From contig CAVUGN010000002.1 of the NCBI GenBank assembly GCA_963741095.1, positions 192,001 to 256,000 of the forward strand: a stretch of DNA of 64,000 nucleotides, read 5' to 3'. Shown in pieces: positions 1-9,608 of the stretch. Made by a program: the position numbers and the translations under genes. Below the pieces are notes generated by a model. That model saw only the letters and a program-made list of their open reading frames with translations, had not been told where the DNA came from and ran no database searches. Source of the stretch: an uncultured Candidatus Micrarchaeota archaeon (GTDB lineage: Archaea > Micrarchaeota > Micrarchaeia > Micrarchaeales > Micrarchaeaceae). Numbering within the stretch: the first letter of the stretch is position 1; each line of letters opens with the position of its first letter.

Positions 1-71
1 ATATTATCAAAATCGAAATATTACTGTTAAGCGGGGTGGGCGTGCTGAAGTCAGTACGTCTGGGTGGGTTA

Positions 72-377
72 ATGAAAAATGAAATACAGGGGGTGGACTG
101 TAACCGATGCAAAACGCAGGAGCGCGAGCCGCGCACGGCAGACAATTTCTGCTATGCGTGCAGAAGGACCTTGGCGGGCAGCGACATAAAATTTGTCATG
201 CCATCAAGGGTGCTTGGCGCCAGGGAGCTGCCGCAGCATAAGAGGCTGATGTGCACGCAATGCTACAAGAGGTACGCGACAAGAAGCCGGAACAGGGCAA
301 GCGCCTTTGTGCACATGAGCGCGCACAGGCTGAGCGCGGTACGCAACAGCTTCCTGATACAGGGTGTGCGACTCTAG
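72..377 (+). CDS. Small basic Cys-rich hypothetical protein (three CxxC motifs, putative Zn-binding)
   Basis: ORF from ATG at 72 after a GGTGG RBS-like motif; CNRC, CYAC, CTQC motifs. Confidence 0.5.
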   Translation: MKNEIQGVDCNRCKTQEREPRTADNFCYACRRTLAGSDIKFVMPSRVLGARELPQHKRLMCTQCYKRYATRSRNRASAFVHMSAHRLSAVRNSFLIQGVRL

Positions 378-475
378 CCGCGATGCATCCTTAAACAAGC
401 AGGGCTAGCTACCGCAATGTGTTAGTCATAGGTGCAAGCCGAGGCCGTAACGCTCGTGCAAGCAAAAAGAAGGAA

Positions 476-1129
476 TCACTTCCTTGCCTTTACCGATATC
501 ATGTGGTACTCGTTCTCGTAGCCCAGGGCGGTCTTGAAGACCTGCGGCTCCATAGCTATGGTGCTGTCCGAGTACGGGTCGTTTATGTAGAAGGTGTCCT
601 TGTCGTAGCCCTTGACCACAACCCAGTGCGGCGAAGGCTCCAGATAAGGATTTAGCATGCTTGCATTCACAAGGACTATCGGTATGTTGTTCGAGTTGAT
701 CTGCTTCTTTATCATGTTTATGGTGGTGACCGCGTTGGTCTCCTTTATCTTCAGCGCCTTGACCTTATCCCTTATCTCCTTGAAAGAGGAAGAAAGGGTC
801 TCAAGGTTTATGCCCTCGTAGACCGCGAGCTTCTTCTCGTAGCCCTCGTCCTTGGCGTTGCTTATTATCTGCGTCTTTGCTCCCCTCTTCGCGAGCGCGT
901 AGGCCAATCCGTACCTGGAGCCGTGCCAGACGCTTCCGTTGACCGCCTCCTGCCATATCGAGAACTCGGTCTCCTTCTTCATCTGCATGCCCTTGTTCAG
1001 GTACTTGAGGGTCATCATTGCGCATGCTGCAGAGCTTGTGAATTCCTCCGTCTGAGCGTAATTGGGAACATCGAATATCTTCGATTCTCTGAATTTTGGT
1101 CTGCTGCTCTTGTTGTTCTTTGCCTTCAT
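476..1129 (-). CDS. Peptidase C39-like (DUF3335-type) protein with Ser at the catalytic Cys position
   Basis: VPNYAQTEEFTSSAAC, PHWVVVKGYD and INDPY motifs match the C39 pattern Q-x5-C...H...D. Confidence 0.75.
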   Translation of the reverse strand: MKAKNNKSSRPKFRESKIFDVPNYAQTEEFTSSAACAMMTLKYLNKGMQMKKETEFSIWQEAVNGSVWHGSRYGLAYALAKRGAKTQIISNAKDEGYEKKLAVYEGINLETLSSSFKEIRDKVKALKIKETNAVTTINMIKKQINSNNIPIVLVNASMLNPYLEPSPHWVVVKGYDKDTFYINDPYSDSTIAMEPQVFKTALGYENEYHMISVKARK

Positions 1130-1157
1130 GTGATCACTTCTGCGTTCTTCACTTATG

Positions 1158-1254
1158 TGCAGGGAGGGAGATTTGTTCGTTGTTTTGAACTCCCGTAGGC
1201 CTAAGCCAACAGATTTTGAGTCTGTCGCGTTTGACCAAGCTCCGCCATCCCTGC
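1158..1254 (-). tRNA. tRNA-Leu(CAA) with a 12-nt non-canonical intron in the T-loop (58/59; intron 1173-1184)
   Basis: Reverse complement folds: acceptor GCAGGGA/TCCCTGC, anticodon arm ACAGA-CTCAAAA-TCTGT, long variable arm, T-arm GGGAG-TTCAA[AACAACGAACAA]AT-CTCCC. Confidence 0.92.
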
Positions 1255-1413
1255 ATACCTCTACTTTCTACATACGTTTTAATAAATACGTGAGCATTGC
1301 GGGGTCGTATGCCGCATTCACTCTAGGACTTAGGCGTCTGAGATATATATACCTTCTTAGAGGAATTCCGATAGGTTTAAAAACCTTCTCCCAGGGTACG
1401 CCTTTTCACGTAC

Positions 1414-2544
1414 CTACATCCTGCTTACTTTTCTTACCAACGGGTCGAACGCCTTGAAGAACGAGTTCCAGGAATACCTCGATATCACCCTGCTCCTGCC
1501 CGCCCTGCCCATGTCTTCGGCAAGCGGGCCATGCTCGGTTATGAACTGCATCTTCTTTGCCATCTCATCCACCGAGTTGACCAGGAAGCCGGTCTTGCCG
1601 TCCAGTACGGTCTCCTTCGGGCCGCCTTCATTCACTGATATGACTGGCTTCGAGCTTGCCATGCCCTCAAGAGGCGCAAGGCCGAAATCCTCGTTTATCG
1701 CGCTGAAAAGCACCGCGGTCGAATCAGAATACAGCTTCACGATCTCGTCGTCGCTCGGATTGGGCCTGAAAACGACATTCTTGACGCTCATGGCCTTCAG
1801 TTTTTCATAATACTTCTCGAAATCCGGGTACCTCTTGGACACTGAACCCGCTATCACCAGTTTGTAATCGCTGTTCGTGGCCTTGACAAACTTTTCGAAT
1901 GCGTTTATCACGTACTCCTGCCTCTTCTGTGGCGACACCCGCGAAGGATAAAAGAAATACTTTCCGTCTCCGGTGTTCGTGAATCTCTCATAATCCACAC
2001 CCGGGCTTATTACCTCGCCGCCCCTCGACAGGTACTTGATCAGCCTCTTGTTCGTGTTCTCGCTGTTTGTGGCTATCGCCTCCATCTTCTTTACTATCCT
2101 CTTCTCTTCGATCTCGTACGCCTTGGAAAAGACGCCGTACAGCAGGGCCTCGGTAGCGGATTTTTCCCTTGCCTTGGTGGACCTCAGATCGTAGACCTCC
2201 CTTGGCGGGGTGTGGCAATACCACAGCACTCGCTTGTTCTTGTTCCTTATCCACTCGCTGGGAGAGGCGTGAGCGTTTATAACGTCGTAATCCTCGGTTA
2301 TCTTGGCGTTGTAGAATCCGAAGGCGTAGTATACTGCGTTGGATATCCTCCCGGGCAGCATCGCGTTGACCTTGGGCTTCTTGCCGATCACATCGATGTC
2401 GAGTTTTTCAAACTCCTCAAAGGTGGCATTCTTGTCGTATCCCAAAGTGTATATCTTTGCGTCATAGCGCTGCGCTATCTTCAGTATCACGCGCTCTGCG
2501 CCGCCTCTTTCGTTGAGGTTGTGCTGGGCTATTATCATCTTCAT
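1414..2544 (-). CDS. Glycosyltransferase family 4 (GT-B)
   Basis: GGAERV N-terminal motif, R..PQK, EDFGLAPLEGMASSKPVI, E-x7-E signature. Confidence 0.9.
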   Translation of the reverse strand: MKMIIAQHNLNERGGAERVILKIAQRYDAKIYTLGYDKNATFEEFEKLDIDVIGKKPKVNAMLPGRISNAVYYAFGFYNAKITEDYDVINAHASPSEWIRNKNKRVLWYCHTPPREVYDLRSTKAREKSATEALLYGVFSKAYEIEEKRIVKKMEAIATNSENTNKRLIKYLSRGGEVISPGVDYERFTNTGDGKYFFYPSRVSPQKRQEYVINAFEKFVKATNSDYKLVIAGSVSKRYPDFEKYYEKLKAMSVKNVVFRPNPSDDEIVKLYSDSTAVLFSAINEDFGLAPLEGMASSKPVISVNEGGPKETVLDGKTGFLVNSVDEMAKKMQFITEHGPLAEDMGRAGRSRVISRYSWNSFFKAFDPLVRKVSRM

Positions 2545-2545
2545 T

Positions 2546-4060
2546 CTATCGCGCCAGGTCGAAAAACTTCATTATCATCGGCTTCACGCTGTAGACATCA
2601 GTATCCTTATCATCATGCGCGTCCTTGCCAAGATCATAGTTGTTTGCTATGACGCCGAATATCCCGTTCATGGTGTGGTCGCCGCTCTTGGCCTGCTCCG
2701 GCTCCATGAACGCCTTCGTGACCGAGTAGTTCTTGACATCGATCATGTAGCCGTCCCTCACCGCAAGCAGCAGGTCAGGCGCAATGAAATGCTTCGTTCC
2801 TTTATAATACTCGTCGCCGTCGTATATCGCCGTGATGAGCTTCTCTCCTTCGGCATCTTTCAGCGTCTCCAGCCCGTCTATTATCTCCTTCTTCAGCCTC
2901 TCCTTATCCTTCTTCTGCACGGTCGGCTTGGAGAATCTGTCGTCGTTTATCCATATCATGCCGACGGGGTCGTTGGACACCGATGTGAATGCAACGGTCT
3001 TGCCCATCTCGAAGTCGAAATCGTGGATCCTTGTGTACTCCCCTCCTGAAGCCGAGGCAAATGCGCTTCCCATGAACTTGCCCGTGAGCCTCTTCGCGGA
3101 TGCCGGCAGCTTGTCGTACACTATCTTCCTCGCGTTGTTCTTCAGCATCATCTCCCTCAGTTTGTACTTCGCGCTGCCCTTTGCCTTGCCATCCTGTGGC
3201 GGGTTCTTGTACTGCTCCATTATCTCGGGCTTCAGCGTCGCGTAACCGCTGTTCACAAGCCATGCGTTGAGCAGGAATTTCAGGTGAATGGGCTGCGCAC
3301 CATGGTCGGACACCAGCATTATCAGCGATTGCTCGTTCTTGCGCTTAGTGTAATCCATAACCCACTCAAGGAAATCTGATATGCCCTTGTAGACCGGCGC
3401 CGTGCAGCTCTCCCAGTACGGTTTGTTTAGCGAATAGTGCTGAATCCTGTCTGTCTCGGTGAAGCAAACGAACACGATGTCATAATCGTTGCTCTCTATC
3501 AGTTTCTTGCTCATCTCCGATCTGCTCTCCGTGCTCGCAACGTACCTGCGCGAAGCCTCATCCGGCAGGATCTTCCCATCCTGCAGCTCCTTCTCGATCG
3601 AAGGCTCGCCCTCAAATCCTGCCTTTCTTGCCGCATCCTCGAGCGCCTTGGAGCTGAATCTCGGAGGCAGCGGCCATCCGGTCACCATGTCGACATTCCT
3701 GTTGTTGCTGATCTTCAGCACGTCCGGCGGCGTGACTATCAGCGATTTCAATCCTCTTCCAGCAGCGATGTCCCAGAAGGTCCGGTTCGCCTCAGCATCA
3801 AAATAGAGCAGCTGCTTTGTGTACTCCTTGTCGATGCAGAAGAAGTCCATGACACCGTGCTCCCCGGGTTCGAGGCCGGTGTAGATGCTGGGCCATGCGA
3901 CCGGCGTGAGCGGAGGGAGAGTCGATTTCATGTTCTTAAGAACTCCGTTCTCGAAGAACGCGCCGAAGCCGTCCATTCCATGCTTCCTGTAGAGGTCCTT
4001 TATTATCCACAAGGGCGCGGAGTCTATGCCTATCAGATAAAGTTTCTTTTTGCCAGCCAT
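2546..4060 (-). CDS. Alkaline phosphatase superfamily phosphodiesterase / nucleotide pyrophosphatase
   Basis: IGIDS, STLPPLT..AWPSIYTG..PGEHG, TDRIQH, SDHG, SGDH motifs. Confidence 0.85.
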   Translation of the reverse strand: MAGKKKLYLIGIDSAPLWIIKDLYRKHGMDGFGAFFENGVLKNMKSTLPPLTPVAWPSIYTGLEPGEHGVMDFFCIDKEYTKQLLYFDAEANRTFWDIAAGRGLKSLIVTPPDVLKISNNRNVDMVTGWPLPPRFSSKALEDAARKAGFEGEPSIEKELQDGKILPDEASRRYVASTESRSEMSKKLIESNDYDIVFVCFTETDRIQHYSLNKPYWESCTAPVYKGISDFLEWVMDYTKRKNEQSLIMLVSDHGAQPIHLKFLLNAWLVNSGYATLKPEIMEQYKNPPQDGKAKGSAKYKLREMMLKNNARKIVYDKLPASAKRLTGKFMGSAFASASGGEYTRIHDFDFEMGKTVAFTSVSNDPVGMIWINDDRFSKPTVQKKDKERLKKEIIDGLETLKDAEGEKLITAIYDGDEYYKGTKHFIAPDLLLAVRDGYMIDVKNYSVTKAFMEPEQAKSGDHTMNGIFGVIANNYDLGKDAHDDKDTDVYSVKPMIMKFFDLAR

Positions 4061-4088
4061 AAAACTCAACACCGAATTAATACAGCCT

Positions 4089-5144
4089 TCACTTTAACAT
4101 TTCAAGTATGCCTTCTCTTTCTTGTGCAAATCTGTTCCGTATGGGCGCCATTATGTCTATCAGCGCACCAGCGGCAGCATTCTTTAGATCTACTGGATGC
4201 AGCTTTTTGGCTTCAAAATCTTTTGAAATTTCTGTGTAATTTGTGTATTCGATGTTCCCACCGTACTCTTTCTTCCTCTCCACCGTCAACTTGCCGTTCG
4301 TCGGCAGTATCATGTGCTTGCAAAGGAACATCACGGGGTTGCCTTCTGTTATGCCCATCGGGCACCACGCGTTCTTCATCGCTGCTTTCACCTCCTCTTC
4401 AGTTGCAAGTATCGATATAAAAGAGCCTGGCCGTGACTTGCTCATCTTGTTCGCCGCTACCTGCTCCTCTTTTGACATGCTTTCCGTGATTTTCGGCGGT
4501 TCGAGCAGCGAAGGCACAAGATAATGGTGCAGTGGCACGATGGTCTTCATCTTCATTTCCTTGAATATCTCCTTCGCGAAGACGTGGACCTTCCTCTGGT
4601 CCATGCCCGCATGCGGGAAATCTGCATCCAACGCCCATATGTCTGCAGTCTGCATTATCGGATATATGTACTGCGAGATGTGTAGTGCGTCCTTTTCGCT
4701 CCTACCTTCTATTACAAGCATGCGTGTCGCCCTTGCCACCGTAGCGCGTCTGGCTATTTGTATCATCAGTTTCCAGTATTCGTCATTGCCTTTGTAAAGA
4801 TCCGAACCCAGGACAACTTTCGTGTTCGGGCAGAATGTGTTGAACACCTTTTGGTAGAATTCTGAGACCTTTTTTATCTTTTCCCAGTCGCCTCCAAGCT
4901 TATTGTTGGCCATCGTGTGCCAGTCGGCGAGAAGCACCTGCGTCTCTATGCCCGCCTTGTGGAAATCATTTATCTTCTTGCCGCCCATGAGCAGGTGACC
5001 TATGTGAAGCATGCCGCTTATTTCCAAGCCTATGTAATGTTTCGGCCTGGAGTTCGTCTCCAGTACATTGCGCAGCTCCACGTCCGTTATGACCTCTTCC
5101 AACGGCTCAGACTTAATCAAGTCGAGCCGGGTTTCAATATCCAT
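4089..5144 (-). CDS. tyrS: Tyrosine--tRNA ligase (archaeal type)
   Basis: YIGLEISGMLHIGH, LADWH, YPIMQTAD, GMDQRKVH, KMSKS, LHPVDLK. Confidence 0.95.
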   Translation of the reverse strand: MDIETRLDLIKSEPLEEVITDVELRNVLETNSRPKHYIGLEISGMLHIGHLLMGGKKINDFHKAGIETQVLLADWHTMANNKLGGDWEKIKKVSEFYQKVFNTFCPNTKVVLGSDLYKGNDEYWKLMIQIARRATVARATRMLVIEGRSEKDALHISQYIYPIMQTADIWALDADFPHAGMDQRKVHVFAKEIFKEMKMKTIVPLHHYLVPSLLEPPKITESMSKEEQVAANKMSKSRPGSFISILATEEEVKAAMKNAWCPMGITEGNPVMFLCKHMILPTNGKLTVERKKEYGGNIEYTNYTEISKDFEAKKLHPVDLKNAAAGALIDIMAPIRNRFAQEREGILEMLK

Positions 5145-5205
5145 ACCACTAACCTTGGATTGTTACTAATTTAAACCTAGATGGTGTAAACCAAAAGGTG
5201 GAAGC

Positions 5206-5868
5206 ATGCCACGTTCAAGGTCCCAAAAAAATATGCTTCATCCACGCGAAGTTGTTCTGGCAGCTATAGAATATTTGATACTACTTGCGCTGGTTGCTGC
5301 ACCACTTTTTCTGTTGCAGGTCTATACTTCACGCTTCACCGGATATGTTACCTCAACAGAGAATCTCAGCTTCACGCCTCCTTACATCACAGGCTTGGCA
5401 ATCAATTATTTAGGCGCCATTCTGCCGCTGCTCATATCCATACCTCTTGTGGTATACATAAGACGCAAAGTTCATGTCTTGTCCGAAGGACGTTTCAAGA
5501 ATCTGACGATTATATTCTTGATACTGTATGTGATTGTTGGCATAATGTCCATCAAATTTCCCCTAACAATATCGATATCAACTGGCAGTGGGCTGCTCCC
5601 ACTCGAATTCGTAGCTGGATTGTACCTCTTCTGCATCTCTTTACTGGATTCGCACGAACCAAAACTTATAGTTCCAATTGCGTATGCTGTAGGTGCAGTC
5701 ACGAGTGTTTTGAGCGATCTGATACTGTACGCATCTACAGCTCCAATCAATGGAATGGTCTTGATAGTCGGCGGGTACGGTCTTCTAGATGGGGATTTTA
5801 TAATGCCGATAGTCTTCATGTTAGCGAGTCTTTTATTGATGAAAATCCTAAAAAAGCAGAAGACCTGA
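5206..5868 (+). CDS. Integral membrane protein, DUF1614-like
   Basis: Several hydrophobic segments; AINYLGAILP and IVGGYGLLDGDF resemble DUF1614 motifs. Confidence 0.6.
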   Translation: MPRSRSQKNMLHPREVVLAAIEYLILLALVAAPLFLLQVYTSRFTGYVTSTENLSFTPPYITGLAINYLGAILPLLISIPLVVYIRRKVHVLSEGRFKNLTIIFLILYVIVGIMSIKFPLTISISTGSGLLPLEFVAGLYLFCISLLDSHEPKLIVPIAYAVGAVTSVLSDLILYASTAPINGMVLIVGGYGLLDGDFIMPIVFMLASLLLMKILKKQKT

Positions 5869-5884
5869 TGCTATTATCAACCGG

Positions 5885-6637
5885 TCACGATTTCAGGATT
5901 TCAATAACTTCATCGTGCAATCTTCCGTTCGTGGCTACGTTATGCCCGGAATATATGGTATCCTTACCTCCAAAGTCCGTGAACTTTCCACCCGCTTCCT
6001 CCACAATTATCTTTCCTGGAGCAACGTCCCACGGCTTTCCTCTATCTATGGCAATGTCGACAAAACCCTGCGCAAGAAGAACGTATCCAAGTGCGTCTCC
6101 ATAACCCCTATTGCTATAGCACCTGTTGATTATGCCAAAAATCCCCTTTGTGTACGGTTCTGTGCTTTTCTCATTAATGTCCCCATAAACGACATAAGCG
6201 TCTTCAAGATCTTCTGTTTTTGAGACCCGGACTTTTTTGTTGTTCACGAATGAACCTTCACCCAAGCCGGCATAAGCCAAAATGTCCAGTTCCGGTATGT
6301 TGATGACCCCTGCTATTATTCTTCCGCGTTTCTCCAACGCCACAAAATTTGAGAAGAACGGGACCCCGCGAATGAAATTCCTTGTCATGTCTAAAGGATC
6401 AATTATCCATTTGAATTCGGAATCTGTCTTCTCGTAAGTGAACTCCTCACCAAGGATATTGTGTTCTGGAAAGTGCTTTCTTACAATGGACACTATTTTG
6501 CGCTCGGATTCCTTGTCTGCAACCGTGACTGGGGATGCATCAGACTTCTTTTCGACCTTTATGTTTGTCCTAAAATATTTTTTTAGAATGCGACCAGAAG
6601 CAATCGAAGCTTCTATAGCGATATCAAGTTCCTTCAT
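5885..6637 (-). CDS. Inositol monophosphatase family protein (IMPase / HisN-like)
   Basis: PVTVADKESE, ILGEE, WIIDPLD.T.NF, KPWDVA..IIVEEAGG. Confidence 0.92.
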   Translation of the reverse strand: MKELDIAIEASIASGRILKKYFRTNIKVEKKSDASPVTVADKESERKIVSIVRKHFPEHNILGEEFTYEKTDSEFKWIIDPLDMTRNFIRGVPFFSNFVALEKRGRIIAGVINIPELDILAYAGLGEGSFVNNKKVRVSKTEDLEDAYVVYGDINEKSTEPYTKGIFGIINRCYSNRGYGDALGYVLLAQGFVDIAIDRGKPWDVAPGKIIVEEAGGKFTDFGGKDTIYSGHNVATNGRLHDEVIEILKS

Positions 6638-6668
6638 TATCCCATCCTTTAACTTGAACCATCATAAT

Positions 6669-6775
6669 AGCCCCAAGAGGGAATCAAACCCTCGACCTTT
6701 TGCTCTGTGGCTTTTGATAAAACTTTTACCAAAAGTTTTTACCATGCAAACGCTCTATCACTGAGCTACTGGGGC
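6669..6775 (-). tRNA. tRNA-Thr(GGT) with a 35-nt canonical 37/38 intron (6705-6739)
   Basis: Acceptor GCCCCAG/TTGGGGC, anticodon arm TTTGC-ATGGTA[intron]A-GCAAA, T-arm GAGGG-TTTGATT-CCCTC; intron forms hairpin CTTTTGGTAA/TTATCAAAAG. Confidence 0.9.
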
Positions 6776-6831
6776 AGCAGAATAATGATTGCGCAAGGAA
6801 TTTAATAAAAGTTTGCATAAGCAGCACCGAC

Positions 6832-7986
6832 TCACGGCGCGGTATAACCGGTGTTCCAATTGGAGTTATAAGTCAAACTAGTTGCTATACCATTGTTGCC
6901 AATTCCGCTCGCGTCATTGGGGTTGTTGTTGAGCATCCACCAACCGACACTGTTTGCCTTATTTATCGGAGTACCGCTTATGCCTTCATCATAGAGTTCC
7001 AGTACCTGTGTTGGTGACAGTGCAATGTTGTACATCTGTACGTTCGCCATCTTGCCATTAAAGAGGCTCCCTTCGCTGCCCGCACCTATGTAAATAGGGC
7101 CTGCGGTGTTATACGTAAGCGCTCCGGCGCTGGTATACTGCTGCCCATTGATATACTCATAAGTCGCACTGGCAGTTGAAACCCCCACAACATGATACCA
7201 AACTCCGGGAGTGATCTGTACACCTGGCGGGCTGCCCGCAGTAACGCACCTTTGGCCAAATCTAATGTTAGTGTCTCCTCCATAGTAAAGGAAAAATGCC
7301 CAACCGCCGCAGCTGTTCTGTCCATTAGCATTCGTCTGTTGCATCGGTGCAACTGTGCTCCCACTGTATGCGTTTGTCTGCAACCAAAAACTTACTGTCA
7401 AGCCCTGGGTGATTGCAAGCGAAGGGGTAACTGGAATATTGATATAACTACTTGCACCGTTGAACTGCGCTACGTACTGCGGTAGCGTAGGTGCCTGCGC
7501 CTGGGTCGTGAAGCTGCCAGCAAAGCTGAACGAATTCCCTGACTTGCACGTCGTGTTGGATATGTTGCCCACGCCGTTGGCACAGTAGTTCGCTGTCACG
7601 TTGAAGATGCCGGTGTATATCGTTCCAATTCCGGCCTTGAACGGGAAGGGAGCAATGCATGTAATGGTGTTGCCCGGAAGCACCTCCGTGGGCGAACACG
7701 TGCCTATCACCGCGAAATTGTTTATCTTCGCGTTGAACGAGCCTATGCTGATGACGGCGGGCTGAGCGTCAGTGAGCGATATCTCCAGCACCGAATTTCC
7801 AGCGGTCTGGTACAACACGTCGACACAGCTGAAGCCGCTGAACGCAGAGCACTGGAAGGGCAGTGTCTTGGTCGGGATAGAGGAGAACGCGAAGAGAAGG
7901 AATATCACTATAGCTATGATGAGGAAGACGAAGGCGTACGTCGAGACGAACTCTATCGCCGACTGTGCCTTGCTGTTGCGGTGCAT
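6832..7986 (-). CDS. Class III signal peptide (pilin-like) protein with a C-terminal LamG / concanavalin-like domain
   Basis: KAQSAIEF followed by a hydrophobic helix; C-terminal VAQFNG..SYI, TVSFW, WYHVVG, YING, FNGKMANVQMYN.ALS, GWW.LN. Confidence 0.85.
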   Translation of the reverse strand: MHRNSKAQSAIEFVSTYAFVFLIIAIVIFLLFAFSSIPTKTLPFQCSAFSGFSCVDVLYQTAGNSVLEISLTDAQPAVISIGSFNAKINNFAVIGTCSPTEVLPGNTITCIAPFPFKAGIGTIYTGIFNVTANYCANGVGNISNTTCKSGNSFSFAGSFTTQAQAPTLPQYVAQFNGASSYINIPVTPSLAITQGLTVSFWLQTNAYSGSTVAPMQQTNANGQNSCGGWAFFLYYGGDTNIRFGQRCVTAGSPPGVQITPGVWYHVVGVSTASATYEYINGQQYTSAGALTYNTAGPIYIGAGSEGSLFNGKMANVQMYNIALSPTQVLELYDEGISGTPINKANSVGWWMLNNNPNDASGIGNNGIATSLTYNSNWNTGYTAP

Positions 7987-8036
7987 ACTCTATTATAAAA
8001 TGAATAACTTATTAAAGAATATTAAAAGTGCGGAGC

Positions 8037-8843
8037 ATGGATTACGAAGAATACAAGGCTGCAGTCAAGGGCATCGTGGCCTCAAAAAGGCTGGGTCAGA
8101 GCTTTCTGATGGACAACAGCGTGGCCAAGGCCGAGGCTGAGTACGCAAGAAACAGAACAGTCATAGAGCTTGGGGCAGGCATGGGCGTGCTCACTGGCGA
8201 GCTTTGCAAGGTTGCCAAGAAGGTCATAGCCGTGGAGTACGACGAGCGCCTCTTCGAATTCCTCATCGAGAACGTCAAGAGCAAGAACCTCGAGCTCCTC
8301 AAGGGCGACTTCTTCGAGCTTCAAAGCAAGAAGTTCGAAGCCGCGGACATAATGGTCTCGAACATACCCTACAACCTATCTAGCAAGGTGCTGATGTGGC
8401 TTGCCGACCGCTCCCTACCCGCTGTGCTTTGCCTGCAGAAGGAATTCGTAGAGCACATGCTCGCAAAGCCGGACACGAAGAGCTATTCAAGATTGAGCGT
8501 CGTGTCGAATCTCAGCTTCCAGATGCACAGGCTGATGAGCGTGAGCCCGGACAAGTTCTATCCCCAGCCCAGGGTGACATCGGAGATAGTCTACCTTAGG
8601 CCGACGGGCAAGAAGATCAGCAAAAACGAGTCGGAGATGATAAACCTGCTGATGATGCACAAGAAGAAGAAGCTCAGGAACGCCGTGATAGACTCTGCGC
8701 ACGCGCTGAAGATGGAAAAGAGCCGCGCATCGGAGATAGCGGACGGCATGACGAATAAAGAGACGCGCCCGTTCCAGATGGAACCAGAGAAAATACTGGG
8801 CGCGGCTCGCGAGTTGAGGAAGCTGCTAAAGAAATCAGAATGA
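8037..8843 (+). CDS. rsmA: 16S rRNA (adenine-N6,N6)-dimethyltransferase KsgA/RsmA
   Basis: KRLGQSFL, ELGAGMGVLT, SNIPYNLSS, QKEF, YSRLSV, FYPQP.V.S. Confidence 0.93.
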   Translation: MDYEEYKAAVKGIVASKRLGQSFLMDNSVAKAEAEYARNRTVIELGAGMGVLTGELCKVAKKVIAVEYDERLFEFLIENVKSKNLELLKGDFFELQSKKFEAADIMVSNIPYNLSSKVLMWLADRSLPAVLCLQKEFVEHMLAKPDTKSYSRLSVVSNLSFQMHRLMSVSPDKFYPQPRVTSEIVYLRPTGKKISKNESEMINLLMMHKKKKLRNAVIDSAHALKMEKSRASEIADGMTNKETRPFQMEPEKILGAARELRKLLKKSE

Positions 8844-9497
8844 GAAGGCCGGATTCTGCTCCTTCATTACGCGGCAGTTGGGAAGCTCCCGCATGAACTT
8901 GTCCTCCGCCCTTTTCGCGCCATCCTCGCCGAGCAGCCTCTTGTAATGCATCGGCACGAAGAACTTCGGCTTGATCGCCTTCACCGCCCTTATCGCATCG
9001 TCCTCGTCCATCGTGTACTTGCCTCCTACTGGCAGGAGCGCGGCGTAGATGTTTTTCAGGCTACTCATCTCCGGTATGAAGTCCGTGTCTCCCGCATGGT
9101 AGATTCTCATGCCTTCGACATCCACTATGTAGCCGACGCCCATCTTCGCCCGAGGGTGGAAGCTCTGCTTTTCTGCAGCAATGTTGTAGGCCGGCACGGC
9201 TTCGATGCCGATGCCGTGGAAGTCGGTCTTGAATCCGGGCTCTGCAACCTGCAGGTTCCTGTACTCGCCAGCATCCAGGCAGCCCGGAGCGGCTATTATC
9301 ATCGAATCCTTCTTCATGACTTTTGCTATGTCCTCCTTGCTGCAGTGGTCGAAGTGCGCATGGGTTATCAGCACAAGATCGGCGCGTCCTTTCACGGAAT
9401 CGGGCAGATGGTAAGGGTCTATGAATATGGCATAGCCCTTCGCCTTTATGCAGAAACTCGCATGGCCCAGATAAAAAAGGATGTCCTCAAGCTCCAT
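8835..9497 (-). CDS. MBL-fold metallo-hydrolase
   Basis: LGHASF, IDPY, THAHFDH, YHAGDT, LLPVGG.YTM, PMHY; start inferred from RBS spacing. Confidence 0.9.
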   Translation of the reverse strand: MELEDILFYLGHASFCIKAKGYAIFIDPYHLPDSVKGRADLVLITHAHFDHCSKEDIAKVMKKDSMIIAAPGCLDAGEYRNLQVAEPGFKTDFHGIGIEAVPAYNIAAEKQSFHPRAKMGVGYIVDVEGMRIYHAGDTDFIPEMSSLKNIYAALLPVGGKYTMDEDDAIRAVKAIKPKFFVPMHYKRLLGEDGAKRAEDKFMRELPNCRVMKEQNPAFSF

Positions 9498-9608
9498 CAA
9501 ACCACGCATCACATTCGGCGCCGCAAAAGAAATAACTTTCTCCTCTCCTGCGCACATCGCAAGGGATAAATATATTGGGAGCGTTGTAGAGAGCAAGGGG
9601 GTGCACGG

